64,000 nt of DNA from Oopsacas minuta (GCA_024704765.1 JAKMXF010000312.1:248001-312000); one strand, 5' to 3'. Shown: positions 47,339 through 58,917, counted from the first letter of the stretch. A program made the numbers and translations. Notes: a model not told the origin generated them from the sequence alone.

Positions 47339-48601
47339 TCAGAAAGCTAGGAGGTTACATTTCTTGTTCTCTTGAGCTATAATAATTCTATTCTTCTTGT
47401 CTATAGCTACTCCATAGGGATGATAGAACTTCTGATCTCCTGGTAGCATATCACTACTGATAGTGTGTAGGACTTCTCCTTTATTGGAGAATATCTTGAT
47501 TTGATTTCCTCTCCAATCCGCTACGATAATATTCCCCAGTTGATCAATTGAGAAGAAATAACTCCAACCAATCTCACTTTTTTCTATCAAACACCTCACT
47601 AGCTCTCCTCCTAGAGAGAATATTTGTAGATGGAAAGGAGGATACATACCAAACATGACATACATGTTATCCTCGTACAGTTTTATGCTTCCTGTTTTTG
47701 TATCGGATTTAACTTGAGTAGTTTTGAGTTGGATTCTTTTCAGGAATTTGAGATTTTTATCAAACACAATTACTGATTTGTTCATAACCTCACATCCATA
47801 AACATTCATGTTTCTATCAATATCAATTCCCCAGACTATTCTCTCTGTTTTAACCGATTTGATAGAATCATTGCTTGACTTTTCAATCTTTACTAGCTCG
47901 TCTTTAGTAGATACGAAAATGAACTCATTCATTAGAGCTATTCCAATAGGACATTGAGGTGTTGGTATTTTGTAGAGATGGTTACCTTCATCATTGAATA
48001 CTTGTATTATGTTAGCGATATGATCAGCAACAAATATATTCTGTGTTTTGTTGTCAATTGCTATTTGCATTGGACAAGCAATCTTACCAGAACCTGTTCC
48101 TTCTCGGGACCAGACAGGACACAATTTCACAGAATAATCAACTGGGATTATAGATCTCTCCTTCTCCTTCAGTACCACAACCTCACACACATCAATCACT
48201 GATTGTTCCAGCTGTTCCATCTTCCAGTCCAACTCAACCCACCCCACATTCACACTCCTTGCTACCTCCTCTCTGATCTCATCTTTTATCGTTCGTAGAT
48301 TCTTCTCGAGTACTGTCCTCAATTTGTTCCTTGTCAAGTCTCTCTCTAGGTCATCGCTGGCTGTGTACAGTTCCTGGAGGAGCCCTCTCTTCTCATTGAA
48401 CTCTTGTCTCGCTCTCATAACAACATCATCCATCTCTTGTAACAGACTGTGCTCCCTCACTACCAACCGACTGTGTAGCTGCTGGAAGTTACTACTCACT
48501 TTCTCTTTCTCTACTTGCACGTGGTTAGTCAGATCTGTTAGATTCCTCTCTAACTCATCCACGCACATCAGTTCTCCTACTGCTGCTACTCGTGTCGCCA
48601 T
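47339..48601 (-). CDS. Coiled-coil + NHL-repeat protein, copy 4 (intact, intronless)
   Basis: Same architecture; 2-aa insertion (LKEKER). Confidence 0.9.
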   Translation of the reverse strand: MATRVAAVGELMCVDELERNLTDLTNHVQVEKEKVSSNFQQLHSRLVVREHSLLQEMDDVVMRARQEFNEKRGLLQELYTASDDLERDLTRNKLRTVLEKNLRTIKDEIREEVARSVNVGWVELDWKMEQLEQSVIDVCEVVVLKEKERSIIPVDYSVKLCPVWSREGTGSGKIACPMQIAIDNKTQNIFVADHIANIIQVFNDEGNHLYKIPTPQCPIGIALMNEFIFVSTKDELVKIEKSSNDSIKSVKTERIVWGIDIDRNMNVYGCEVMNKSVIVFDKNLKFLKRIQLKTTQVKSDTKTGSIKLYEDNMYVMFGMYPPFHLQIFSLGGELVRCLIEKSEIGWSYFFSIDQLGNIIVADWRGNQIKIFSNKGEVLHTISSDMLPGDQKFYHPYGVAIDKKNRIIIAQENKKCNLLAF

Positions 48602-48971
48602 AACTCTTAACTCAATCACTTTACTAATATTAATCTGATAGTATATTCCTTATTAATAATTATTCTACTCATAATAGTCTCAAGCATTAAGTTACTATCT
48701 ATTTTAATAATATCTATTTTTAGCTACATGTAAGATTTTTTGAGTATAAACCTATGGACAGTTGAAATTCCTTTTTCCTTACAGAATTCGTTGTATTTGA
48801 CAGTTAACCGAAGGAAAAATTCGAATTTGGCGGTAATGAGTCCGTATCGCTACGTATGTATGTAATTGTGTGCAAAATCATATTTTGAAGTTGAACTTAA
48901 CCCCTTATGAAAATAGGTATGTGTTATATCTACACTTGATTATTCTCAAATATTGTAAGTGATTTCATTCA

Positions 48972-49568
48972 TTAACTTTTCGTTTCTTTTTTCGGATATC
49001 TCGTGTTCCCGTTCCCCCGTTTAATTCCTGTATCTCCTTTCTGGGGGCTCTTCCTTCTAGAACTTTTCGTCTGTTGCAGAGAAGTAAACAAATTTTCAAA
49101 TTGGTCCTTGAGAGAATCGTTACTCTCAAAAAGATCCAAAAGACATTTGATTAAATCAGCGTCTCTGAGTACAGCCTGGAATTCTTCAGTCTTGCTCTGA
49201 ACATTGCTAATATGCTTAACGGCTGATACAATTAACTCCAAGTCTGTGTCTTCATTAGCTACTATGTGTATCATAGAAGTGAGAGCTCTAGCAAGTGTGT
49301 CAGGTTCCTTGCTAGTCCAGTGTAGCAGCAAGCTCTGTACACCTGAAGAATCTTGTAATGTTGTTAGCAGAGCTTTGAGAATTGGTCCCTCAGGGCTGTG
49401 TGGTTTGAGGTATAAAATTAGACTGGTTAGGGATTCGAATTGGTTCCCGTTGGGCTGGAGAGATGAGACACGATCGGTAAGACATCTGTATCAGGAACAC
49501 TCTCTGCTTCCATTAGCTTCCAAACACAATTGTTCAAAAGCTTCCCACTCCAAACTCACTAATAATAG
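48972..49568 (-). pseudogene. INTS3: Terminal exon of Integrator subunit 3-like gene with two compensating frameshifts
   Basis: After a TTTAG acceptor: LLLVSLEWEAFEQLC, then in a shifted frame WKLMEAESVPDTDVLPIVSHL, then ESLTSLILYL..SLLLHW. This matches INTS3 SLDWETFEQYCAWQL..PILQHL..EALSCLLLQL..SILRHW. No upstream exons found. Confidence 0.75.
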
Positions 49569-49646
49569 CTAAACAAAATTGATTACAGATAAGGTCTCTA
49601 TTTTTGTATTAAGAAATTGTATAGGAAATTTTTCGGATAAGACTTA

Positions 49647-49770
49647 CAATAGACTCTCGTTATAAAGAAGTGCTCGAGACCCCAGTTACATTTCGGTATA
49701 AGCGGAGTTAATCAATTACTTTCGAGTTATAGGGGCTAAAGAATCACTTCGTTACAACAGGAGTTCACTG
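49647..49770. mobile_element. MITE family B copy
   Basis: GACTCTCGTTATAAAGAAGTGCT ... CAGGAGTTCACTG, similar to 32824-32930. Confidence 0.6.
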
Positions 49771-49897
49771 TTTCCCTATGGGTTACGTCTTATCCGAGAG
49801 TATTACTGTAGTTTTGAGATGTTATTTACTTGTTCTGAATTAGTTTGACCGAATATACAAAATTCCTGCATTGTCAGTCCACATATTAGCTTGTAGG

Positions 49898-50564
49898 CAA
49901 CGTTTCTTAACCTTTTCATACCTCAGCACCCCTGACATGATACTACAAGTAGTACAGTGCCCCTCTGTAACTGTAACAAGGATGAAATAAGAAAGTAATA
50001 CACTGTTTCATAATTGATTGTATTTACATAAATTACTCCATTAAAAATCCAACTCAATCAGAAAGAAAATGTAACTTTAGACATCACGAACATACCTCCA
50101 GGATTATTCAGGAGGGCAGAGAAACCAAATTTGACATATTCACCACTCCATTTGCGTATTTTTGACATTTTAGAATTTACTGATACCTAAATCACAAAAT
50201 ACTTATATGGAATCCAGTTCCATAGAACTGAACCGGCTGTACTTTACGCACAGTTTTATTTTTCAGCTTATGGGTCCGTTTTAAATACCGATTTCCTTAT
50301 ATGGAAGTTCAGTTCCATGGAACTGGATTCCATATATCACAAATCTGTGACAGACAAGAACACAAGTAAGTAACACAGAAAGGAATATAGATTAAATACA
50401 ACTAATTTATAGCCAGACATTACTATATTTAGTAAAGACAGCTGAATGTTTCGATATTAATCCTGAAGCATCTGCCAGCCTGAAATGTTATCTAGAATCT
50501 AAACAAAAACATCGTACAGCACATAGTAGAATCCTTATCCAGCACCCCAGGTTAAGAAACGCTG
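49898..50564. mobile_element. hAT-type non-autonomous element containing an internal inverted-repeat element (about 50196-50334)
   Basis: TIRs CAACGTTTCTTAACC / GGTTAAGAAACGCTG; imperfect flanks TTGTAGG/TTGTGGG; inner arms TATGGAATCCAGTTCCATAGAACTGAAC / GTTCAGTTCCATGGAACTGGATTCCATA. Confidence 0.65.
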
Positions 50565-50828
50565 TTGTGGGAGCTAGAAGGATTTAGATTAGCCATAACT
50601 ACTCTCAATTCGTCACCGTTACCGGCCATATGATCTGAACATTCTTTATATAACCTAGGCAACAACTTAAAGAATGTATCAATAACCATTTCAGCACCTA
50701 AGGCGAGGTCTTTAACTAGTGGTCATTTTTGTCCTCCGCGCCAATGTAATCGAAATATATCTTAAAATCTTCTTGGAAAACAGTATCTCACAGGATAGTA
50801 AACAAAATTATGCAAAATTTTGCCATAA

Positions 50829-50916
50829 CAAACGTCCAATGTTCTGAAACATGTTCAGATGTTTCAGAACATTTGACGTTTGTTCTGAAACATCTGAACA
50901 TGTTTCAGAACATTGG
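50829..50916. repeat. Nested palindrome
   Basis: Perfect 34-bp inverted repeat (50836-50869 / 50883-50916); each arm is itself self-complementary. Confidence 0.9.
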
Positions 50917-51559
50917 AATTTTGAATTTCTAAAAAATTTCCTGAAAAAAAGTTTTTTGTGAAGCAAAAATTTATATAATTTGAGTTTTTCAAATTCAAAT
51001 CTTTTTTAATATTCATAAACGTCCCTATGCCTTCTACACGGTCTCCAATTTTTATCAAGATCCAACAACGAGAAGTCCATCAAAGTTACAACTGAGGTGT
51101 GCTCAAGAAAATCCTGCGCTAACTTCACACTCGTTCTATTGGGGCGTACTCAGCACTTATAGTTATGTGGTTTGAGGACAAAATTAGTGAATGCTAGCCA
51201 AAATCCAAAATATTTCAGAAAGGTTTTATGATAGAGCTGTAAATTTTTTCCACATATTGGTAAGATAGAGAACTATCGAAAAAATGAAATAGCATCACTT
51301 TGGGGGGTAAACGGGAAACTGTTGAAATGCAGAATAAACCATCCACTTCAAGCTACCAATGTTTTCACTTTTACCAGCTCAATTATCTAGTATTATCTTG
51401 TGTAACTAGTTTGAATGTTTCCATATCCTACTCGATTGGTAACTATAATTTCGATAGAACGCGAGTCCATCTATAACACCCTTATTCCAATTCTTCACAC
51501 AATATTTCAATTATCTATTCCTCTTATAGGCATGTTATACAACTTGCTATTCTCTCCTT

Positions 51560-51754
51560 AATGAATATTGTTCTATTCATCTCTAATATACATCGTGATG
51601 TTCAACACTTTGTGAATATTTTTCTATTAAGTTCTTGTTTTTGTTGTTCTACATATACGTGTATACATATGCTACTAGTTGTATATCCTTGTGTTCTAAT
51701 GGATCATGAGACATGTTTAATGATAGTTGTAATTGGTTGTATACGAATCAGTTT
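51560..51754. repeat. About 195-bp diverged repeat, inverted copy at 56485-56680
   Basis: Shared blocks AACATCACGATGTATATTAGAGATGAATAGAACAATATTCATT, AACTATCATTAAACATGTCTCAT and ATACACGTATATGTA. Confidence 0.8.
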
Positions 51755-52111
51755 TATATTATTCTCAAAACAAAAAAATATTGCTGGATTTGAGAAATAC
51801 ACTGAAATGTCATTAATACAAACACGGTTACTATGAATTACCAGATAAGACGAACAAATATTCGTACAAAATCAGTTCCCTACAATCGCTATTCTACTAG
51901 AATTACTCCAGGTGATGCGAACTCCGGATAAGGTGACCGTCCGCTGGTGTTCGTATAAATGCGGTTCCACTGTATTCTCTTTCAATTTGTTTCTGTGAGT
52001 TATTGTATTTACAGTATTTACTCTTAGCTTGTTATATCTTACTGTTTGTTCGGTAATGTACAGCTGATTGGATTAATAACATTGAATGTTTCGTATGTAA
52101 ATTGTAACGAT

Positions 52112-52471
52112 TCAAGAATATAATTGAAAAATTTCATAGGTACCGAGGTTTAAGGTATGGCCTCTGCTGAAGTATACATACCGAATATCTGGCTCAGGAT
52201 TGTTGAAAATAAATTCATTATTTCCATAAACGTATAAAACTATTCGATAAATACCAGCAGGAATATCTAATATGATTGTTTGCCTTTCCATTTCCCTGAT
52301 ATAATAGGTTTGTGAGGTGTAGTTGATAATCGAATTATCGATACAATCCTGAATAAGTGAGTTAACATTTGCGGGATCGCTTGTTGTAATATCACAACGT
52401 AATCTTTGGCTAGATATCAGTGAGATAGTTCCACAGAATAGCAAAAGAATGGCAGAAATACAAATGAACAT
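52112..52471 (-). other. Signal-peptide-bearing gene fragment (possible secreted or receptor protein 5' exon)
   Basis: MFICISAILLLFCGTISLISS followed by a Cys-containing segment. No continuation identified. Confidence 0.35.
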
Positions 52472-53064
52472 GTTTAGATAGTTTCATTGTTGAATACAAG
52501 CAAATATATATTGTTCATACTTGTTTTTCCCGTATTTATGGTATTCTGGAATCAAATCTGTATATTCACATGATGTCTTACGTAATTCTGAACTGCGATG
52601 GAAACTATGAGAACTATTGGGATTACTATTCAGCCAAAAAAATGTAAGATCCTTTCTTGTACTCTAATGGATGGATGAGAACAGAATTTTATTCATTATT
52701 CACGAATATGGAATTTCAACTGCCTTATACACCTACATTTATTGCCATTCCAGACATAGCTATCAATTCCAAGTTGGCCAAGGTGGCACGCACCGTTGGG
52801 CACACCATCACCGATTTCTAAAGGGCCAACTCAGGTAGTACTTAGTTTATGGTGATCCGCACCAGTGCAGTTGGTGCACACAATTTATGAGATTGATAAA
52901 CGAATTGTTTTCAATGTTTGTTTATATTAACAAAATACGCCGAGCCTTATTAACTGAAAATATTCTCTTGTGTGAATACTACGTATATACGTATGTGATT
53001 CGCAAATGGTGCCAGCACACCGCCATAGGTTGTATCCTGGCTACGCCACTGTCTTGATTTATAT

Positions 53065-53165
53065 TCAAACGAGCCTTTGGCTTGTCGCTTCGCGATAATC
53101 TCGGCGCATTGTGCCTCGAGGTAATCAACGGACAAACAAACGAACAGACAAACAACAATTGAGAT
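53065..53165 (+). repeat. Dispersed repeat, partial copy at 63361-63418
   Basis: Shared AAACGAGCCTTTGGCT.GTCGCTTC.CGAT.A.CTCGGCGCATTG.GC.TCGAGGTA. Confidence 0.7.
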
Positions 53166-53577
53166 TTTAAAATATTGTTGTTTACAATATTCAGACTCAG
53201 TATAGTCGATTACCCCAGAATAGTCATTGAAAGTCTGATTCTACCTCAATTTTGAAATTTGATTACTTTGTATTCATAAAAACAAACAATAAATTTACAT
53301 ATGAAAAACTTGAAAAATGCGAAATTCGGTTTCAGCGTACTTAGTTATCACTGGGTAGTCGTTTATAGCAAGGGTATACGTATATTTTGAGATTTGGCTA
53401 ATTTGATAACATTATATTCATAAAAACAACAATAAATTTATATATGATTAATCCAAAAGTGTAAAAATCGGATTCAGCATGTTCGATATATTTAGTGAAG
53501 TTCTATTGAATTTTATTCACTTCCTTGATAAACACGATAAATTCTAGTTATGCGACAATTTCCAAATTGCATATCGT

Positions 53578-54078
53578 CTAGGGTGCGACCCGTAAAGCCC
53601 ATGGTCCGTGGCCCGCTATCAAAGCCCGCGGCCCGCATATTTATTCCACCAGCCCGTGATTTAGGAAATTTGTTTATTTTATGGCACTGTGGCTGAATTC
53701 GTGAATGTATTCTCAAAGAATTGAGAATTCCTATAAATTCCGCGTTATAAGATGCGGGAAATCGTGTGCGCAAATAGTATATATATGAAACTTTATATAT
53801 ATGCAACACTTTGATTGTTTCGTTAGTTACAGATAACACTGACAAGATTCTACCTCTCTATGAGGATTATTAGATTAAACGAAAATAACATTTATAATAC
53901 TTGTGATACTTACGTATACTAAAATAGTAATAATTTCATGACCTAATTCTATAAAGTATATTCATCATCTGTAAAATTGTTCTTTTTGACTCTTTTCAGC
54001 CCGTTTTGTGCCCGCGGCCCGTGGAAAAAAGCCCGCAGCCCGTGATTTACAATAAAGCCCGCACGGGTTGCACCCTAG
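53578..54078. mobile_element. hAT-type MITE (501 bp)
   Basis: TIR CTAGGGTGCGACCCGT / ACGGGTTGCACCCTAG; perfect 8-bp TSD CATATCGT; GCCCG subterminal repeats. Confidence 0.85.
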
Positions 54079-54412
54079 CATATCGTAAATCCTTTCCTTG
54101 GCAACAGACAAACAATAATTGAGATTTAATAATATAGATTTGTTATTTGTTTCACATTTAGAGAATATTTTATTATGACAGTTGTCAAACATTAGTATTG
54201 AGTTTTCGCTTTGGTGTTAATCAATTATAATTATTTTATAGATAAATCTCTTGAATATCTAGTAAATACCTCATGAATAACTTCTCATTATACTAATCGT
54301 GAATATTATATTGACTACATTTGGGCTGGATAACTACCTTCCTCTAGCCTTGCAAAGGAGTTTGAGATTTAGAGAGGGCACTGTTTTGACGAAATGGCCT
54401 CTGCCGTATGAA

Positions 54413-54768
54413 CAGAGCCGGATTAAGCAGTTCTGAAGCCCTGGGCTAAATATTCAATGAGACCCTCGAACCCTTTTACCCCTAAAATGTATACAGGAGT
54501 AAATTTGTTAGATATATTTCACTAAAGTTTTGTAGAATTCATTATAGAATAAAATTGCATGACATCCATCAAAAATTAACTTTTTGAGACTTCATTGCAA
54601 CAAATGTCCTTAGTACATCCTCAAATTAAACTTTTTTGAGTAGTTCGCTTTCAAATGACATGAGAGATAGGTAATTAAGTCTTACCTTAAGCTGGAATTC
54701 AGGGGCCCCCTTTTGTCTCGGGGCCCCTGGGCTGCAGCCCAGTTAGCCCATTGGATAATCTGGCCCTG
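54413..54768. mobile_element. hAT-type MITE (356 bp)
   Basis: TIR CAGAGCCGGATTA / TAATCTGGCCCTG; perfect 8-bp TSD CGTATGAA. Confidence 0.85.
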
Positions 54769-54995
54769 CGTATGAATATTCGTTATTTAATTTTATTGTA
54801 AAAAACTACTGTAACTAATTTTGGCCATATCATGAATAATTATAATTCAGTTGTCCATTACATCAGTGCTTCTCAAACTTTTTTATGTCGCGGCCCCAAA
54901 GTTTCTCCATTACAATTCCACGGACCCCTGCTTGTTGGTCTCATTTTTAGTAAATATAATTTGTTTTTATTATTGTATTATATCAGTGTTAAGTA

Positions 54996-55929
54996 CAGTC
55001 TGTTTCAAAAGTATTGGCAGTAGTTCATATTTCATATTTCCTAAGCCTATTCAATTGTGTGATTGTATTATCTATTGATCTTTTCGATATTGCATACTTA
55101 GATAGTCATCATGAAATTTATCATTAATCATGATGGACTTTCTTAATGTTTACTTCGATTCAGATATTTGAAACGGGGAATTTTGAGGCATAAAATTTCC
55201 CACCGCCACAGCTGCCAATTTGATCTCACTTAATAAAACAAATTATATTTTAGCCCTATTTGTAGCTAAATGTCGCAATTAGAACAGAGGAAGAAAATCA
55301 AAATATTTATTGATGCAGGTATTACTTCAGCGAAGGAAATCTCTACTAAAACAGGGATACCATTGAGGACAATTTTTCGTATACAATCTATACTTCGTGA
55401 AGGCAAAAGCATAACATATAAAAGTGTTAGTGGGCGTCCCAAGGCTATCACATATTCACACAAACAATCAATTATACGAACGTTAAATTCTCATTCTAAG
55501 ATCTCTATACGTTCTGTACACGCGAATCTCTCTTCGAAGTACGCCGATGCTCCGTCAACTTCAACAGTCTACCAGGCAACTCGTGCTTGTGGATTTAACT
55601 TTAAACAACCTGTTATGGGACCACTCATTACCCCATTAATAGCTAAAAACAGAGTTGAATGGTGTAAAGATCATGTGAATTATTGTTGGGAGAATGTATT
55701 CTTCACAGACGAATGTTCTATTTGGTTAAATCGGGGAAGTGTTAGCATGTGGACTAAAGCAAAAGAAAATCCTATTCTGAAGGTTCAACAGCACACACCA
55801 AAATTACACGTTTGGGGAGGGATTTCTTCCATGGGAACCACAATATTGAAGATATTTACTTCTAATTTTGTCTCCAAATTGTTTATTGATACTCTGAATG
55901 AGGGAATCCATTTCTACACGAAATGCTAA
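54996..55929 (+). mobile_element. 3'-truncated Tc1/mariner transposon (transposase ORF 55270-55929)
   Basis: TA-CAGTCTGTTTCAAAAGTATTGG left end, HTH region, WENVFFTDE and KLHVWGGIS motifs. The ORF stops before the second D and the E, and no right TIR was found. Confidence 0.85.
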
Positions 55930-57549
55930 AACATATGAAAACCTCATAATGGTAAGTACACATTGTAATTACAAACTAAATAAATCAACCAGTCACCCTT
56001 TATTCCAATTTAGAGCGAAAGTGGGAGCCGGAAAAGGGCTGAGAGGAGGCGGCAACAACGCCAGCGCCGCAAGCTAAAGATTAGGCTTGAACATGTTGTC
56101 AGTGGTAATTGGGTGCATAGAGTCCGATTTTGAGAAATTCCGAGTCCGAAAGTTACATATTCACAGATTATGATATGAATAATCATATTTTACACCTCTG
56201 TATATTTTTCAAAATCATGCTAGAGATTTCGTTTTAACCACCAGTATGGTATAATAGAGTAGTTAGATTACAATTTTGACATTTTAAAACTACATATAAA
56301 TTATTTATCATATGATTAATCACACTTCGCAACTTTTGCATTTTATTCATAAGATGTTAGGTATGTAGTTTTAACATAATTAATCATATTAAATATGATT
56401 AATCATACACAAACAAATAATCCTAACTTGCACTCCCAGTCTGCCTCAGTTGGACATTTTGTATTGATAAGCAAGTAAAATATGAAACTGATTCGCATAC
56501 AAACAATCATAACTATCATTAAACATGTCTCATTGTCTATTTATAACACAAGAATATACAAATAGTAATATATGCATACACGTATATGTATAACAACAAT
56601 ACAAGAATCTTAATTGAGAAGTATCCACAAATGTTTAAACATCACGATGTATATTAGAGATGAATAGAACAATATTCATTTAGTAGTATATTTTACATGG
56701 CCTTACTTCTGTGATTATTCAATTTACTACAGAACTAGTACGTGTATTGTGTTTTATGCTCTTTGTATTATTAACAAACTTTGCTTCATATTTTAATATC
56801 GTTTTTGTGTGGTAACAGCACTAATTAATGGGGCGGAAGGCCTGTTGGCCTGGACCTCAAGGTCCAAGATGCCTCAGTCATTATTTCAACGAATAATTAA
56901 ATAATCATCACCATATGACTTTAATATATCATTATGTACCCATTTAGGAAATGATTGCAGACTGGCCCTGGCCTTTTGATTGGAAAATCCTATTTCCCTC
57001 AAATATCAGCCTTCATTTTCATAATCCTTACTAAAGGAGTGTAGTTAATACCAAAGAGCTATTTAGAACAACTGCGGGAGCTAATTTCATAATGTATCAT
57101 AATCATATAATAGGGGGTTTCTTCTTTATACTGATGTGTTTGGGTTAGTGCTTGTCTGGGAAGTCGAAGTTTCCTACGTGTTGTTTTTGGTCTAATGTTG
57201 ATAAAGAATGTTTCCTCTCCTAGAAATTGTGACCAGTTTTCATTCTTTCGTTTAACGATTTTACTAGGGCTTTGATTAATGGCCTTATGAGACGGCTCAA
57301 CTAATTCATGAGTTTACGGATGATAGAGAGTTGCAAATACTACCTTACAATCATAAGTTTCATGCAATGATTTGCATATTTTTTATAACTGGAGCTCATT
57401 GCCTGCAATAAATTGAGGATTTACTTCATGCAACATCTCTTCAGTGGATAAGTTTTTATCCATCTGGTATAATGATATATCATCTTAAGATAAATTTGTG
57501 AGACATTAGCTTAAACACATATCAGAAAGGAGGGACAGTTGGTAAGTAT

Positions 57550-57660
57550 CAAGGTTGCAATTGAATAGTTCAATATTCGGTTACCAACCGAATAATATCA
57601 GTATTCGGTCAAGCAACTATTCATGAATACTGATATTCGGTTCGATCGGTTTCAACCTTG
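57550..57660. mobile_element. hAT-type MITE (111 bp)
   Basis: TIR CAAGGTTGCAA / TTTCAACCTTG; TSD GTAAGTAT/GTAGGTAT; TATTCGGT subterminal repeats. Confidence 0.7.
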
Positions 57661-57814
57661 GTAGGTATGAAGTTAATAATAGTTTATGCATAGTTTCAAA
57701 ATAGATAAATGTCCATGGTTAGTTACTTCTTAGGGGGACCATTTTCGTCACAACAAGGGGGATAGAAATCCATAAATGCAACAATTATGGCAAACGATAC
57801 ATAGAAATTCTAGT

Positions 57815-57939
57815 ATAATATAGAACTATATACAGTGGCTTATACATATTGTGTGTATAGAGTATAATATATCTATTACAAGTATCCGTATTACATAATG
57901 TGTGTCAAAATATATTTCAAATATTATTAGACACTGTTC
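57815..57939 (+). repeat. 125-bp direct repeat of the region upstream of the divergent NHL gene (60762-60886)
   Basis: Near-identical ATAATATAGAACTATATACAGTGGCTTATACATATTGTGTGTATAGAG...TTATTAGACA. Confidence 0.9.
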
Positions 57940-58269
57940 TTATGCGAATAGATTTCAATTACACATAATACAGTAAACTCTCGTTATAACGAAGTGCTAC
58001 GAACAGCGGATTCATTTCGTTGAAAGCTTGCAAGCTATGGGACGGCAGTTCACAACCTGGGTTCACTCATTTTTCTATGGATATCCTGTATCAGAAAAAT
58101 ATTTACAGAAAATATATAAATCTTAAAAATAAGTCGGGCACACTGAGAACATTCCAGTATCTACACACATACACATTGCATTTGGTAGTCATTTGATGAC
58201 TGAAAGAGCACAAAACTTTGGTGAACACCCTTTCTCTTCAAAAGTACGTCGAACTTTTGCAACCGAATT

Positions 58270-58634
58270 TCAACCACAACCACCAACATAACCTCCTCTT
58301 CCACCACCTCCTCCAAATCCTCCACCAACCAAATGATAGCTATTTCTTCCCCATCTACTACTACTACTATCTGGTTCATTTGGTTTTTCCCAATCTTTCC
58401 TACAACACACTAATATGCATGAAAAACAAAATAATATACATCAATGGACCAATACCAATACACGATAGCACTACCGAAAAAGGAGGAATAAATTCCAACC
58501 AAAAGACCAATATCACCACTACATGTACAGATAACTACAAGTGTTATTCCGGGAGTAATCAATGGTAAACCAAGAATATATTTTATTAAACAAATAACAA
58601 ATCTCCTAAAGAATCGATTATATGAATCTTCATC
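58270..58634 (-). other. Possible two-exon gene fragment: hydrophobic segment plus Gly-rich tail
   Basis: After an AAG acceptor: DEDSYNRFFRRFVICLIKYILGLPLITPGITLVVIC..LLVGIYSSFFGSAIVYW; after a TAG acceptor: KDWEKPNEPDSSSSRWGRN..GGGFGGGGGRGGYVGGCG*. Confidence 0.3.
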
Positions 58635-58733
58635 CTTGAAAGTTTAATTAATAATAATTTTGTAAATTAATAATCAGTGGCTAATATGTATTGTCTAGTT
58701 TCCCCAAGTAATGTAGATACAAATATCTGTAAG

Positions 58734-58917
58734 CAGGGTTTCATGCAGCAATTCTGAACCATACACCTAAAACTTTCCACCTCAATTTTACGCGCACCTA
58801 GAGTATACATATAGTATTACGATATGGGATCTTGCTCGAATTTTGACGCGCCTAGATCTATATTCGCTGAAATTCATGCACCTGTAGGCGCGTTGCATGC
58901 GCCTGGATGAAACCCTG
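58734..58917. mobile_element. hAT-type MITE (184 bp)
   Basis: TIR CAGGGTTTCAT.CAG / CTGGATGAAACCCTG; perfect 8-bp TSD TCTGTAAG. Confidence 0.88.

Noticed and set aside
2655-48638. Recurring 80-125 aa ORFs (MRCWYFVEM..., MFLVRSLS...)
   Set aside because: Antisense shadows of the NHL coding sequence; they recur only because the NHL gene is repeated.
55950-56130. Apparent intron plus Arg-rich exon after the truncated transposase (chimeric transcript)
   Set aside because: The transposase frame stops before the donor; nothing supports it beyond splice-like motifs.
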